Part shown: piece after piece, positions 49,996 to 63,088 of the stretch
How the letters are laid out: each line of letters opens with the position of its first letter
How positions within the stretch are numbered: the stretch's first letter is position 1
Assembly (NCBI RefSeq): GCF_032062105.1
Contig: NW_026926296.1
Location: forward strand, 186,001-250,000
Length of the DNA stretch: 64,000 nucleotides
From: Saccostrea cucullata
Taxonomy: Eukaryota
Direction: 5' to 3'
Made by a program: the position numbers and the translations under genes
Notes under the pieces: generated by a model
Told to the model about the DNA's origin: nothing
What the model saw: only the letters and a program-made list of their open reading frames with translations
Database searches by the model: none

Positions 49996-52900
49996 ATAGA
50001 CTCCTTCTTCATACCATATATAAATTATAATCATTTTCGATTATAATTAACATTTACACTGAAAGCCTGTCTCTTGAAGAATCTTGAGATAGTGTGTACA
50101 AATACCTTTATTACAAAAGCATGTCCATTTGTAGGTCACAATGACCTGTTTATTATGCCATCAGATTTTGGTTTTTTTAATATATTCGATCAATGCATAC
50201 TATCTCTGCAAGATATATTATTGTTTTCAGCGGCAGCTCACACAAATTGGTCCGACCAAAATAGTTCCATCATGATTAAGTAGATACAACATTATTGTTC
50301 ATGATAAGAGTGAAGTTGTGTATTTCATACGTTAAAGAAATCAAAAATAACGTCAAAATATTATTAGAAAATCACTTTCCCCCCGAAATGCAAATAAAAA
50401 ATATCAATATTCCTACGCTCGCTCCCTCCTCAGCCTTTTTTTTTTTTTTTACATGTTTGATAATAGAGAATATTTAGGTCATTCTTCGATTCATATTTTT
50501 TCACCGATGAATTGATAATACTATATCAACAATTGTATTAAGTACATGTTTATAGTCTGTTAATTATCATACAATTTCCTTTTAAGAAAAAATAAATCAT
50601 TCTGTGTGTGTATATTATTAAATGACGGAATTTTCAATCCCTGGCTGGATTCTGCTCACGTGTGTACACTTTGTAAACTGTAGGGGATAAAATGTGTGGC
50701 AAAATGAGAACTGGGTCGGACATTCGGGTTCGTGTTGGAGTTCAGCATAGGCTTACCATTTTATATAGAACTTGAATAATGTAAGTAATATCTGCGACGA
50801 ATACATTAGCATATTTCAGTAATTTTCAAAACAAAAAAGGTTTTCAGTTTAGAATTTTCCGATCCGGTCTTGATTTTCCTAACACGGCCATTTTAAACAC
50901 AAGTTGTTGCAGATGCAAATGTTAGAACAAACTATATATAGTTCAACAGGGATTGTATAATTTTTATTAATCAGAATTCGTATTCATATGATCTAATTAA
51001 GAAAAGAAAAGTTTTGTCTGCCATCGTAACTTCTCGGCAAAACAAAACGTGTTCCTCCGAGCTCGCTGGATGCGTTTAACAGCTCCATCGCACGTGTGTA
51101 GATCAAGGCTAATGTTGGTCTTGCGGACACAGGTTTATGTAGGCCTATGTGTACCGTTTGTTAGGAGACTGGGTGACCTCACCATGCTCACGAAATTTAC
51201 ACCAGTTCCATTGCAGTTTTTTTATTAACGTCATTATAAACACTGATAAGCATATTAAATCTAAAAGTCGAATATCTTTGGATATGGGGTAACCCATATC
51301 TATTCTTGTTTATTATGGTCTCTTTGATTTTTGACAGTTGATGCATTGCGGACATAATGGGCTTTATTTCCATAGCATTTCATTGAATAGGTTACATATT
51401 GACCTGCCACATGTTAGAACATGCTTACCTAGGAATAATGTTTAATTTGTTACACTCTAATCCCTATGATGATTGATTTATAAATCATGTGATGTTGAAG
51501 AAGGTGGGTCAAAAATATAGGTCACTGTGACCTTCAGGAAACATTCCTTTATTCCTTGCAGAATCAAAACTTTGTTCAGTTGTTGGATAGAATATGACAC
51601 AGATTTCTTGGATTGCCTTTGTATATGTCTTGCATGTTTATATTGAAGTTATGCCAAACAATTTTCATGGGAAATTTGACACTTCATTTATAGTGGCCAT
51701 GCATTGTAACTTGTTAAGCAAGTATTATGTTAACAGAAACTACATGTATACATGTATTTTTGATAATGAATGTGTTACAGTATGTAAGGGTTAGTTGCAC
51801 CCTTTAAATCTCACCACTATACTACCCAATAGGAAGGGAGGGTTGTGGGGTGCAATGTATAGCACAGCATCATCATTTTGGAGAGTGTATGGGCTTTTGT
51901 TTCCTGGCTCATTGAAAAACAATGCATATACATGTACTAATTAAAATCAACTATGTGATTAAAATGCCATATAACTGCATGTTCAGCATATTGTTATACA
52001 TGCATTTGGTCCGCTACATTGAGGGTGGATTGGGATATATAGAATAAGCGCAAGGTTAACATTACAGTATTTCTATTTCCAAGCATCACTCCGTATCCCT
52101 AATGAAAAAGTCTTTCTAGTGTGATGGTACCTATATAGTCCCATCTGAATATCTTAGTAGTTTACATATTTATTGTAAATGTGATCAGTGGATGCTTGTA
52201 AGCACACTATTTTGAATCAGTACATCAATGCCTTATACTCCAGCATGCTAGAGGTTCACAGCTATTAGATACTTTTGAGTTGGTTTGAGGTATTTAAGGA
52301 GCAAAAAGGACATTAACTATAAGGCTCTTACTTGTAGGAATATATGAATACTCTGATAGAGTTTAACTTAATTCTTGTACTAGAACATTAGTATAATCAA
52401 GTTTACATTTGCTCTAGATGACCATGTATACACTACAGATTTTAGAAGGTATTGAACAGGCTAATTTTCTATATTGTCATTTCCACTGTGGAAATGTTTC
52501 TAATTATAAAGATTTAAAAATCTCATTGTACATGTGAGATATGCCTTTGGATCTGATGATGCAGCCTTTAAATCAAATTAATTGCAAATTTTACTTTTCT
52601 TTTTTTACTAAAAATTCGTTGATATCAGTACACCTGTAAAATTTATATCCAGTTTGTTTAAATGTCTTACACCTGTTAATTAAGGTGATTTGTAACCTTT
52701 TACATGTATCTGTGAGGCATGTAGGAAGGTTAGGTTCTACTGTATTGCACGGCCCTTATTTAGGTCACCGTGACCTTATCTTCATATTGAGTGACCTTGC
52801 TTCTATTTGCTTATATTAAATTGTTATAATGAACATTCCAAGGATCTAATATACCACAATGTTGAACTTAAAAGGGCTAGCACTGTTTTGTATATTTTGT

Positions 52901-53952
52901 TATGATATTTTAGAATTTGTATTTATGTATGATAACAAGTAAATGTATATATAATTTATAACATTTCTGTGCATTAATCAGTAGTACTTTGAATTCTTTT
53001 TAAGGAGGGACATTTATTTTCTAGTATCTGACTATTAAATGAAATATTCAAAGTATATTTGTATGGACTGAAGTTGTTTTAAAATACATGTATATCAAAT
53101 AAAAAAAGACTTTCTAAACAAAGTACTGTCTTGCTAGTGTTTGAAAGCTTACAATCTGTATATTAGAACAGATTTGAGCAAAAAATTATTAAAAATTGAT
53201 TTCTCTCTGTTACTCTGTTCAATTATATATTTTTGGTGTTTGTATCACTTTGTGTCTTTATATGACAACATGTACTTAACCATACCCAGTATGTGAAATA
53301 AGAAAATTTTAAATGTAGGAAGCATATAAAATAACTTATTCCTTAAAAACTGAAGAAGAATAGATGAAATAGAGGTCAAATTTAATCGAAGTGATATACC
53401 AGTAGTTTATTATATTGTGTTTTACAATTTGTGGAAATTTCATTAATTTTGAATATGATAAATAAAGGAAGAATCCCTCATATTAATATATCTTCTGTAG
53501 AATGAAGAAATCAGTTGTGTATTGAGAATAATAACCATTGAATTATACAACATGTTGTTATCAATTCTTTAATTATAATGTTTGTAAATTATATATGTGA
53601 TGTTATAACATGGAATTATATTCTTTATACTTCCTCTAGTTTTTTTTCATTTTACCTTAGATAGCTTACTAGTTCAAAAGGCAGTTTGAGCGAGCACAAA
53701 ATTTTCTTAACTCCCTTAGCTCCCCCTCCCCAAATTTTGAAAAGAAAGAACATTGGTTTTGCAATTTGCACCTGATCTGTCAGTATAAAATAGACATCAA
53801 ACCTTATAGTCATTAATGTACACCTGATACATCTTAAAGAGTAGATGACCTTTGATTTTTGAGGTCACAGTGTCAAAGATCATGGGTTAAATGATTATGA
53901 AAATAGGAAAATATGCCTGTTCAATATCTTGAGAAACTTGATCTTAGCATAA

Positions 53953-54887
53953 ATCAAAGAACGAGGGCGCTTTTGATTGGCATTCGGCAGGAATCTGGGC
54001 ATATTTGAGAAGTGAAAATTTTATCGACATGTCACATTAAATTTTAACATTTTCTTTATTTATCGGGTTCCTGTGCAACAGGAAAGGAAAATATTTTCCC
54101 GAAATTGAGCTTTGATTTGCTAAAAAATAACTTAGAAATTGGCCAGATCAGACATTTGGTACAAAATGGTACATTTTTAAACACGTTGTTCTAAAATTTT
54201 GCTATCTCTGGGTCTTCTCTCCATGATTTCGAAACGTTATTTGTGTGTATTTTAATTCAAAGAAACGAATACACATTTTTAAAAAATGGAGAGAAGACCC
54301 AGAGACCACAAAAAATGAACTTTTTTCCCAAAAAATCCAAATGTGTGAATGTGGTGCTTCTTTGTCCTTTTAAAATCATCTGTACAAGTGTAGCAGTGAT
54401 GGCTCAGTGAGTTGGGCTACCTGTTCAGTGCATACGAAGCGAAAAGTTTTTGGTTCGAGCCTGGCATAGGGCGTTAATTTTTTTTTTCATGCAAACAACC
54501 ATTCATTTTGTCAGTTTTGTTTTACGTACTAATGTATTAAAATTTTGAATTAGATAAATTTTGGTTCAGTTTGGTTCTCGAGCGAAATCAATTCCAATCT
54601 TCTATTCTATAATGTACATGTACACGTATCATACATCTATGCATTAAATATTTTAGGTGTTTATTTTTTGTGAAACATTACTATGTTATGGTACCCCCTA
54701 GGAAAAATGGACATAAATGTTACAATCTCACAAGGTCTTTCAAACTAAATGAAAAAAAAACTATGGACATGTTTGTAAAATCTGACCAGCTATGATCAGC
54801 CAACCAAATCATGGACATTTAAACCACAAATGTTTCATACAAATGATTCCTGCAGATCACACACCAAATGCGCCCATCTTCTTTGAT
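53953..54887. mobile_element. Old non-autonomous TIR element containing a tRNA-like A/B-box segment (about 54398-54475)
   Basis: ATCAAAGAACGAGGGCGCTTTT...AAATGCGCCCATCTTCTTTGAT imperfect TIRs; internal TGGCTCAGTGAG and GGTTCGAGCC boxes. Confidence 0.55.
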
Positions 54888-56568
54888 ACACTGGTACATG
54901 TACCTTTTAAGAGAAGATGACCCCGATTCATTTTGAGGTGAGATTAAAGGTCAAGCTTGGCTCAAATAATTCTGGACATAGGATGATTTTTCCAGCTCGG
55001 AATAAAATAGAATTCTTTTCTTGACAGACCTAGAATTTTGTAGACTGGTACTCCCTAAGCAGTGAAAAACTTACTCTCCTGTTGATTCTGAGGTCACAAC
55101 CCCTGCAAGATGAAGTTCAAGGTCAAAATTCTTGGGATGTATAGGATTAAGACGTTAGTTTAGAAACCTTTTCTTGATGGACATCAAAATTTACCCCCTA
55201 TTTTAAAACATGCATTGGGTATTTTTCTTGTCTCATTCTTTCCTATTCTAGATTGGTTTCATTTTTTTTTTAGAAATAATTGACCTTAGATATTTAGTTC
55301 CAATATTTTAGTTTAGAATTTGGAGAGATACTTTTGTACATGTAGTTTGAAACACAATTGAAGCAAACAATCCATTTGAATAAAAAAATTCTTTTGTTTC
55401 TATGGATAGTAAAATTTGTGCACAGATGAAAAGAATGATTTTCATGCTTCAAATAAATTGGTTGTAAGGTTACTGAGAAAAAAAAAAAGATTTTTCACAC
55501 ATCATAAGGTTCAATGGAACTGAACACTATTTTGAAGAAGGGATATTGGTAACAATGTGTCTGCCCCCATACATAAGTACAGTCATGACATTTTGTGGGG
55601 AAAAAATTGGACCTGGATGAAATTACACTCTATCTATAAATATTACAGTGGAAATCCTGCTCTAGAGTCAGTTTTTAGGGGGGGGGGGGGATTTTACAGA
55701 TGAAAGCCTACTCTACAAAATCAGTAGTGGATTTGAATCATGAACAATTTGTACACTTGTGAATTGATTTTGTTTTTTATTCAGAGTGCGATATAATACA
55801 GAAGTAGTCTCTGTAAAACAAAGTTTACTAGTTACAGGCATGTAGCATGAAAGGGGGAGCAGCCCCCCCCTTTTTTCCGTACATAACTTTTTACTTTTGG
55901 AAATGTTCATTGAAAGGCCACCCCTCCCAAGTTTTGTTTTTGCAGTATAGTCAGACATGGTTAATATAGTAATGTATGGGAAAAATTGGTAAATTTTACT
56001 TTACTGGAAATTACAATACTACAACTTTTGATTAGAGAGGGCTATGGCTTTTATATTTCACATGGTATTCCTTGTATCTTAGACCATTACTTGGGTTCCA
56101 CCAATTTTTCTCATTTGACCTTGGAGTTCGGCCTTCTTTATGAACATTACAAACCTTGACCATAACTTTTAACTGGTTAGGGCTTTTCTATTTCACAGAT
56201 GTTTTCCTTATGACAATACCTTTCCTTAAGTACCAACACTTATGACTATACATTTTGAACAGTTGGTAAAGGATTTTCGTAGTTCACGTATATTTTTCTC
56301 GTCACAGTAAAAATTCATTTTATTTCATAAACTGATTCCACTGAATTAGACAGGTATTACACAAATATTTTTCTGGTTAACAATTTCATTTACTGCCTGG
56401 ACAATAAAAATAATTTGATGAAAAGATCTACTCAAGGTCAGCTACTTCTGTTACATTCATTGAACTTAATAACTGTACATATAATTTGATTTCTCTTCTT
56501 TATATACATAAATGAAATATCAAGAAACATTGCTTATTTATCACATTTTGCCAGCAAATGCAAATCAT

Positions 56569-59500
56569 TTAAATGTCTAGTTCATCTGCATCAAGCTTTG
56601 ATGACCATTCAACAAGGTTATCCACTTCATCTTCCCAGGGTTCCTCTTTCCTTTCCTTGGTTGGTGGGGGTTGAACTGATGGAGCTGGTAGAAAAAAGCA
56701 TTAGAAATTAAATATTACTTTGTTACAGATAAACCAGCATCTATAAAAAACATTTTTTTAAAAAAAGCAATTAAAAAATTGTCAATTTGCTGTCATGGAT
56801 GTGCTTGCAGCCATGGCGACAATTTTCCAATAGTTGGTGACTATCATAACAACACCAAGTTAAATCTCATTATCTTGAACTTGATTGCTCCAAGAAAAGG
56901 ATATTGAGTTCTAAGGTTAAGAGGTTATAATACAGAAAAAAAACAAGCTAATTCAGAGAATCTGTGTCCCCCACTGAAGGAAAAAAAGAGGAGGATGCTC
57001 ATATTGGGGTGTTAGAACCCCCCACTGCACCCCCCTACCTAGGATTTGCAGAATTATTAATTTATGAATTAAAAACAAACAAAAAATGCTACTTTGGATA
57101 TATAGATTTGACTGCTTATGCCACAACTTCTTCATTTTTTAAAAAGGCTCAACTGGAACTTGAACCAGGAGCCTTTCGCATGCTAAGCAAGAATCTTTCC
57201 CCTCGGCCATCGATAAACTTTATATAGTGAGGAATTAAATGAAAACAAAAGGTCACACACATATTGTATACATGATTACTCGTACATCACATTCTACATT
57301 GTCAAAATTTTACAAAAAAAAACCAAGTGTCTTGTTTAGCCTCTACTAAACCTTTTGACTTCAAAATCAATAGGCGTGTTCTTTTGGTCATAGGGAGTTG
57401 TCATGTAGAATTTAATTGCAAAAGTTTAAGGCTTCTTGAGATATCAGTTGGAAATGAAAGTGTAACAGACAGACAGAAATACAGCCGAATGGAGGGACGG
57501 ACAGAAGGGCGGTGGAGGAACAGAGGGATTATGGTATAAAATTTAATTGCAAAAACTCATAAAGCTTCTTGAGATATCGCCAAAATGAAAGTTTTACACA
57601 CACACATAAAATGTATGAATTTACGACATTGACCTTTGACTTTTGACCTCAAATTAAATAGGAGTTTTCTTTAAGCCAAAGGAGTTGTGGTATAAAATAT
57701 CATTGCAAAAGCTCAAATATCCCCCACTTTCAGAGGAGGACAAAATGATTTTAAAGGAACAAAGACTGTTAAAAATTTTGTTGCCCCTCCCCAAAAAACT
57801 CTCCAAACTTTTATACATGTACATGTTTAAAAATTAAATAGTCAATATGAATTCTGAAATCACATCTTATTTTGAGATAGAATTCCTACCTGATTAAAGA
57901 ATGGGTGTTGATCTTATTTTTATTGCAGTATATTAGACATTACATGTACAGTTTTTGATAAAAATAAAGGATCTTAAATTGTCAATAGCTTGCACTTTCA
58001 CTTTGCTGATGCTGAAGTGTTCTTGATATATTAGTTGATAACTTACTTGGGGAGAGTCTTGGTGGCAGATATATCTTCTTCATTCTGTTTAATTTTGCCA
58101 ACTTTGCTGCCTTTTCCTCATCAGCATTAGCCTTTACCTTAAAGTTTCCATACATGAGTGCATTATGTCTAAAATTAAAAAAAAACCCAAGATTTAGCAT
58201 TGTTTCATGATCTAGAAATAAGTGTTGACAAAAGAATGAAAAATCTTTTCAAGGGAAGTAAATCTTGTTCTTACTCTTCAAGTTGTCTTTTCATTTGTTC
58301 ATCAATCTCTTCTTGAGGAACTCCTAAATGTGCTTTTTGTAGTCCAGGTTTATCTTTTATTGCTTCCAATACTGTAAAAAAGATATAGTTATGCAAATAA
58401 TAAAATGTCTATTACACATGTAGATAAACCCTTCCTTTTAAAAAATTGTGCATGGCTAAATTTGACTTATCGATAATTTATAACAGAATGTCATTTCTTG
58501 TTTTCTTGTTCACAATAAATTAATACCATCCCTTTGGTAAACTTCAACAGCAAAATATAACACTCTAATTTTATGATTAAAACATCTGCGAAACCTATGT
58601 CACAATCCAAAGTTTTCCAAAATGCATTAAGGTATGTGAAAAAAATCTCTTTCCAGCCAATTCTTCTCACTCTAATTTTCTTACGTGGATTAGGAGTATC
58701 CATGGTAGGTTTCGAGGTAGCAATTCCACTCCAGGTTGTGTGATAATCATCAAAGGACAGGCGGGTGACAGCAGCATTAGCTGTCCTAGTGGTCCCTGTG
58801 TAATGTTTCCTCTGTGCATCTGGTGTGGCAAATCTGACTCGAGATTCTAGGTCCTGATGGGGAGTTACCCCAGCTGTTGATAAAAGTTGGGATCAAGTTA
58901 CATTCAAATAAATTAACAGAACAACAAAAAGTATATTTATCACTTTCTAATACAGTAAACACAATTATAGAACTTTTTTTTTTGATGTTCTGGTCTAGTT
59001 CGGAAACATTTTCCTGGTCAAAAATAACCCAATATAAATACATGACCTTGTCACATCAACATGCAACACCTCTTAAAATTTAGAACTTCTGATATTAAAT
59101 GAGGAAAACATTGTGATGGATAGATGAATGAATGTTACCATCAATATATATATTTTTTCAATTTTTGGGGTATAATGAATTTTTAAATCTCAGAACTGCC
59201 AGACAACTGATAGATTGGATACCTTCCACGCGCTGACTAGCTGTGACACAATCCAGTACCATTTGTTTATAAGCCTTAGGTGAATGAAGCATCATCTCTG
59301 CGGCCTCTTGATTCACAGGCCTGTCTAGATTTGGGCTGGAGAGTAAATGCTAGGGTGAAAAAAGATAATATATCAATTCAAAATTTTCCTGGTACTAAAT
59401 ATGTCAAATATGAATTTAGGCAAGCTACCACATATTCAACTGTAGTATACAAACCTGTATTGTGACAAGAATAAAAGACAGGGAGTAAGTATCCTTCCAT

Positions 59501-61475
59501 TTTGAAAAGTCATCTAAGAAGTCAATGCATGGTTTTCCTGTTATCATTTCCACTGTAAACAGATTTATTTTTATAAAACTATCAATGTAAACACTGGTAA
59601 AATGGTAATGGTAAAATAAGTAATATAAATCATATAGTGTAAAACACAGCTATAGCAAAACCATTACAACTACATTTCTTCAAACTTTCAGGTGATCATT
59701 ACCCCTATATTTTATCAGTAAAAATATTGGTGATTACAACTCAATACTGCTACAACCACATTTGAATCTTATTTAGTGTAATCTTAGTTTTTACCATTTG
59801 GATGATATGGAATTGTATGAAAACACACTTCTGGAGGACGAATGTTGTAATGTTCATCAAATTTTATGTAAAGTCTGAATACACCACCTGCAATGAACAT
59901 TAATTAAATAAGTATTAAAATTCATACACAGTGTTCCTTGAGCATTATACTTTCATACCTTCAGAAGATGAGCTTAAAATAAATGAAATACTGACATTGT
60001 TTACTAGTATATTTTATCTGTAATATACTGACTGTAAAATAAACTGAAATTTATTCCTATTAATGAAAAATTATGGAGATAATTTTACTGAATGGTATCT
60101 TCAAAATATTGTGCTAAAATTGATGTTATTTTGAAATTAAAATATTCATATTGTGATGTGGGGCTACTGTGCTAGAAAACAGAATTGTAAATAAAATAAA
60201 CAATGCAATCATTTCATGAAAACGAATATTACAAACATTCTAAATTAATTATTTTTTAAAAATCTATATTGAAAAATGACATACCATCCCATATTGAATC
60301 TTTCAGTCCTTTAACTTTAGCTACCCACTCAAAAATACTGTCATCTTGTAAAGGTATGGCTTCTATACCCTTAAAATAAAAACAATACACATACTTATGA
60401 TGCTTCTTTGTTTAAGTAGTACAAAAGCAAATAAATAATGTACGTGTCTCTGACAACACTGATTGTCACATATATCATTATATTAGAAAAAAGTTTATCT
60501 AAAGAAACCCAAACTCTAATTAATATTATACAGTATAATCTTTACATAGCAATAAAGTGTACATATATATTCTGAGGAATGCAAAAAATGGGAGCTTGGA
60601 ACATTAGGGAGAAGAAAGGAAGGAAACTCAAAGTGTCATAATTTAGAGTTTCTCTTAATCTGTCTATTTGTTTAATCCTTAAATCATGCAAGATGAGCAT
60701 TTTTGCTCTGTAATTTCAAAGTGGTATGTCTTTCAGCATCCAAATATGGTGGTCACCAAATTTAAAGAAGATGGATGCCAGTTCTCCACTAAAGGCAGGT
60801 GGACACATGTTTTAGCAAATCTTTTTAGCATTTGATTGTTTTTACAACATAATTAAGTGTTGTTTTGTTATATTGTGTATAGATCTATATGTAAATATAC
60901 CATATATAAAAAGAACTGCCCTATTCTTGGACTTAAACATGTTAAAAACTTAAGGCTATACTTAGCTGCAGATCTGTAGCGTTCTGGTTTTGCCTTGTCC
61001 ATAACGCTTCACTCCCTAAGTTTGGACACATTCTGTAGCCAATATGTACATTTTATCTACCTCCCAACCCTTTATAGTTGTCTCTACAGGCAATAAACTC
61101 ACTTGAGGTGAATTTTCAGCAATCTAACAAATAATTTTATTCAAGTGAGTTTATCACTTATAGAGAAGACAATAAAGGGTTGGGAGATGGATAAAATATA
61201 CAGATTAGTTAAATAATGTGCCTAGAATTAGGGAGTGAAAGGTAGTTAATTGACCAGTGCTGGAAAGTGGAGAAATTCTCCCCAAAAGTGCACAAAAAAT
61301 ATTACTCCGTAAATTGCACCTTTTTTGCATTACAGGATCTGTAGCGTTATGGTCAAAGACAAATATATAAAACATAACGCTTCAGATCTGCAGCTAGGCT
61401 ATACTGTACCCATGGTTGATCTTCAAGAAGCTTCTTGTATTCATTTTCTATCAGTAGATGAGCTCTAGAATACAT
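56569..61475 (-). CDS. UBE2U: Ubiquitin-conjugating enzyme E2 U-like, 330 aa, 9 coding exons
   Basis: Exons (minus strand): 61410-61475, 60285-60369, 59795-59887, 59455-59552, 59223-59349, 58685-58873, 58275-58371, 58047-58168, 56569-56684; all GT-AG and phase-compatible (993 nt). Protein MYSRAHLLIENEYKKLLEDQPWGIEAIPLQDDSIFEWVAKVKGLKDSIWDGGVFRLYIKFDEHYNIRPPEVCFHTIPYHPNVEMITGKPCIDFLDD... has the UBC fold with HPN and catalytic Cys, and the UBE2U-type MxxRAxLL start and PCIDFLD motif. 5' UTR exon ends at 61722; AATAAA at 56319-56324. Confidence 0.9.
57146..57212 (-). pseudogene. tRNA-Ala(AGC)-like relic / SINE head in the last UBE2U intron
   Basis: Minus strand: TGGCCGAGGGG A-box-like, anticodon arm TTGC-TTAGCAT-GCGA, GGTTCAAGTTCC B-box; no intact acceptor stem. 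Confidence 0.5.
60963..61396. mobile_element. MITE with 9-bp TSD (Mutator/Merlin-like) in a UBE2U intron
   Basis: TIR TAGCTGCAGATCTGTAGCGTT...AACGCTTCAGATCTGCAGCTA; TSD GGCTATACT (60954-60962, 61397-61405). Confidence 0.9.
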
Positions 61476-61933
61476 ATCTGTAATGTAACAATAAACTTCA
61501 GCGTTATCAAAGATATAAATATATTTGAAAAAAAAAACAATATTGAACCCGGGACCTATATACTAGTATAGGTCCCTGACTGAACTAGCTGATAACGCCA
61601 AAACCGAGGCGATAATTCCAATGTATATTCTTCAATTATTGACCAAAATATGTTTTTAAAATAAATACACAAGAACAGATTTCTTCACAAAAATTGATTT
61701 CTACTGTAAAATATTCCAAACCTGAAATATAAAGCACAAATTCTTGTTAGCATTCAATATTTTCAGTATAGCTGCGCCATATTTGTTTTTCTTCGCGACA
61801 TCTTTCGTACTACCTCGCGTATTTTCCCTGATTTGTACTCAAAAGTGAGAAACAATCCGAAATATTCAATTGCAAAATAATTGTAGAACCAAAAGTCAAG
61901 GTGCTTGTCTGTTCCGGTTTATTCTCATAAAAT

Positions 61934-61983
61934 AAAATGAAATGAAATGAAATGAAATGAAATGAAATGAATAAATAAATAAA
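61934..61983. repeat. (TGAAA)n/(ATAA)n microsatellite
   Basis: Direct reading of the sequence. Confidence 0.9.
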
Positions 61984-63088
61984 CATTTTCTTATAAACTA
62001 TAGATATCGAAAAGAATTTTATATGTGATTTTTTTAGGGGGTATATCTTTGGTCACAATTGTGGTCTTGCGTACCCATATCCTTTTCGGTAGTCAAACTT
62101 AAACGTAGTCTGACTTTTAAGAGTGTCTGTGGACCACAAAGGCAGACCCCCTTTTTTTATGTGTATAACAAGCATTTTTAATCCTAAAATCAAGGAAAAG
62201 GGTGTTATTTATTAGAACTCGCCACCTTCAATGCTTCAAGGAACTTTTACCCCGAACCCTCACTAGTGCTTAGCCTCCAGACCTCACTGCCCCCCACCCC
62301 CCCTCCCCGTTATGAAATTCCTGGATCTAGCCTACCACTGAAAACCCACCGAGATGTTGAGAGAAATTTTTGTATCCGCAAATGTTTATTGCATATTTGG
62401 AAGAATGATGTGAAATACACGTAAAAAGTGTATAATAACGCCATGATTATTTTTTTTTTAACTCCAAGGACGGATAGTGTCAGGAAAAGGTAGTTGAAAA
62501 ACCAAGCACTTTTTTTCTCTGGAAAGTATTGTGAATCTTTTCGATAATGAAACAATAGTAAGTAAGTTTGTGAACCGCACGGGGCAGTTTATCGATCATT
62601 GGTAAAGGTCAAGTTATAGTTTCTTAAATGTCATCCAAACGGCAAGGTGAAGGTCAGTATTGTTAGCATCGAAAGGAAGGTCTTGTCACAGGGTATATAC
62701 TTGTGAAATTTGAAATCCCTAGTACTAACTGTTCAAAAGGTATGACCAAGGTTAAAGTTTTTAAAATGTGGGTCAAACTCCACGGTCAAAAAGTTAACAT
62801 CCATGCAAAGGTCATCTTCGCTAGCCAAGGGTTTCCGATCCGAAATCTACTCTACAAGAGAAACCCTTGGCTAGCGAAGATTTGCAAAGGTTTGATCAAG
62901 ATGATTCACTAACACCAAAAAGATATGTTCAAGATTAAAGTTGGGCAGATTTTTGCAAAAGTGGGTCAAACTCAAAGGTCAAGGTCAAAAGATTAAATAT
63001 ATTGGTACCCAAGGGAATGTGTTGTTATAATACAAATGTCAAAAATGAGAATCATAGCTCAGATCAATCAAAAGTTATGGGTAGGGTT

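Larger units (their letters stand above)
23640..53105 (+). ncRNA. Putative multi-exon spliced lncRNA (or unprocessed pseudogene) with tandemly duplicated exon pairs and a long hairpin-bearing 3' region
   Basis: AG/GT-bounded purine-rich segments: ..23717, 26726-26818, 26943-27015, 27689-27742, 27818-27966, 28055-28157, 28268-28359, 28466-28543, 28816-28923, 29780-29884, 30698-30769, 30981-31090, 31198-31297, 31433-31700, 31800-31901, 32080-32324, 32416-32533, 32718-32917, 40809-40913, ~41049-41167, 41267-41381, 41512-41608, 41701-41791, 42377-. Most donors are GTAAG. No continuous ORF. The 5' and 3' ends are uncertain (AATAAA at about 53098 and 53461). Confidence 0.55.

Noticed and set aside
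50226-51355. CpG-richer segment with a YY1-like motif and GTAAGT, possibly a TE or internal promoter
   Set aside because: No convincing TIRs, TSD or ORF; cannot be classified by eye.
54395-54475. Functional tRNA gene
   Set aside because: A/B boxes are present but there is no coherent cloverleaf, and it lies inside a TIR element.
59546-59556. ATTTCCACTGT resembling the palindrome that precedes the hairpins
   Set aside because: Half-site only, explained by a UBE2U acceptor/exon boundary.
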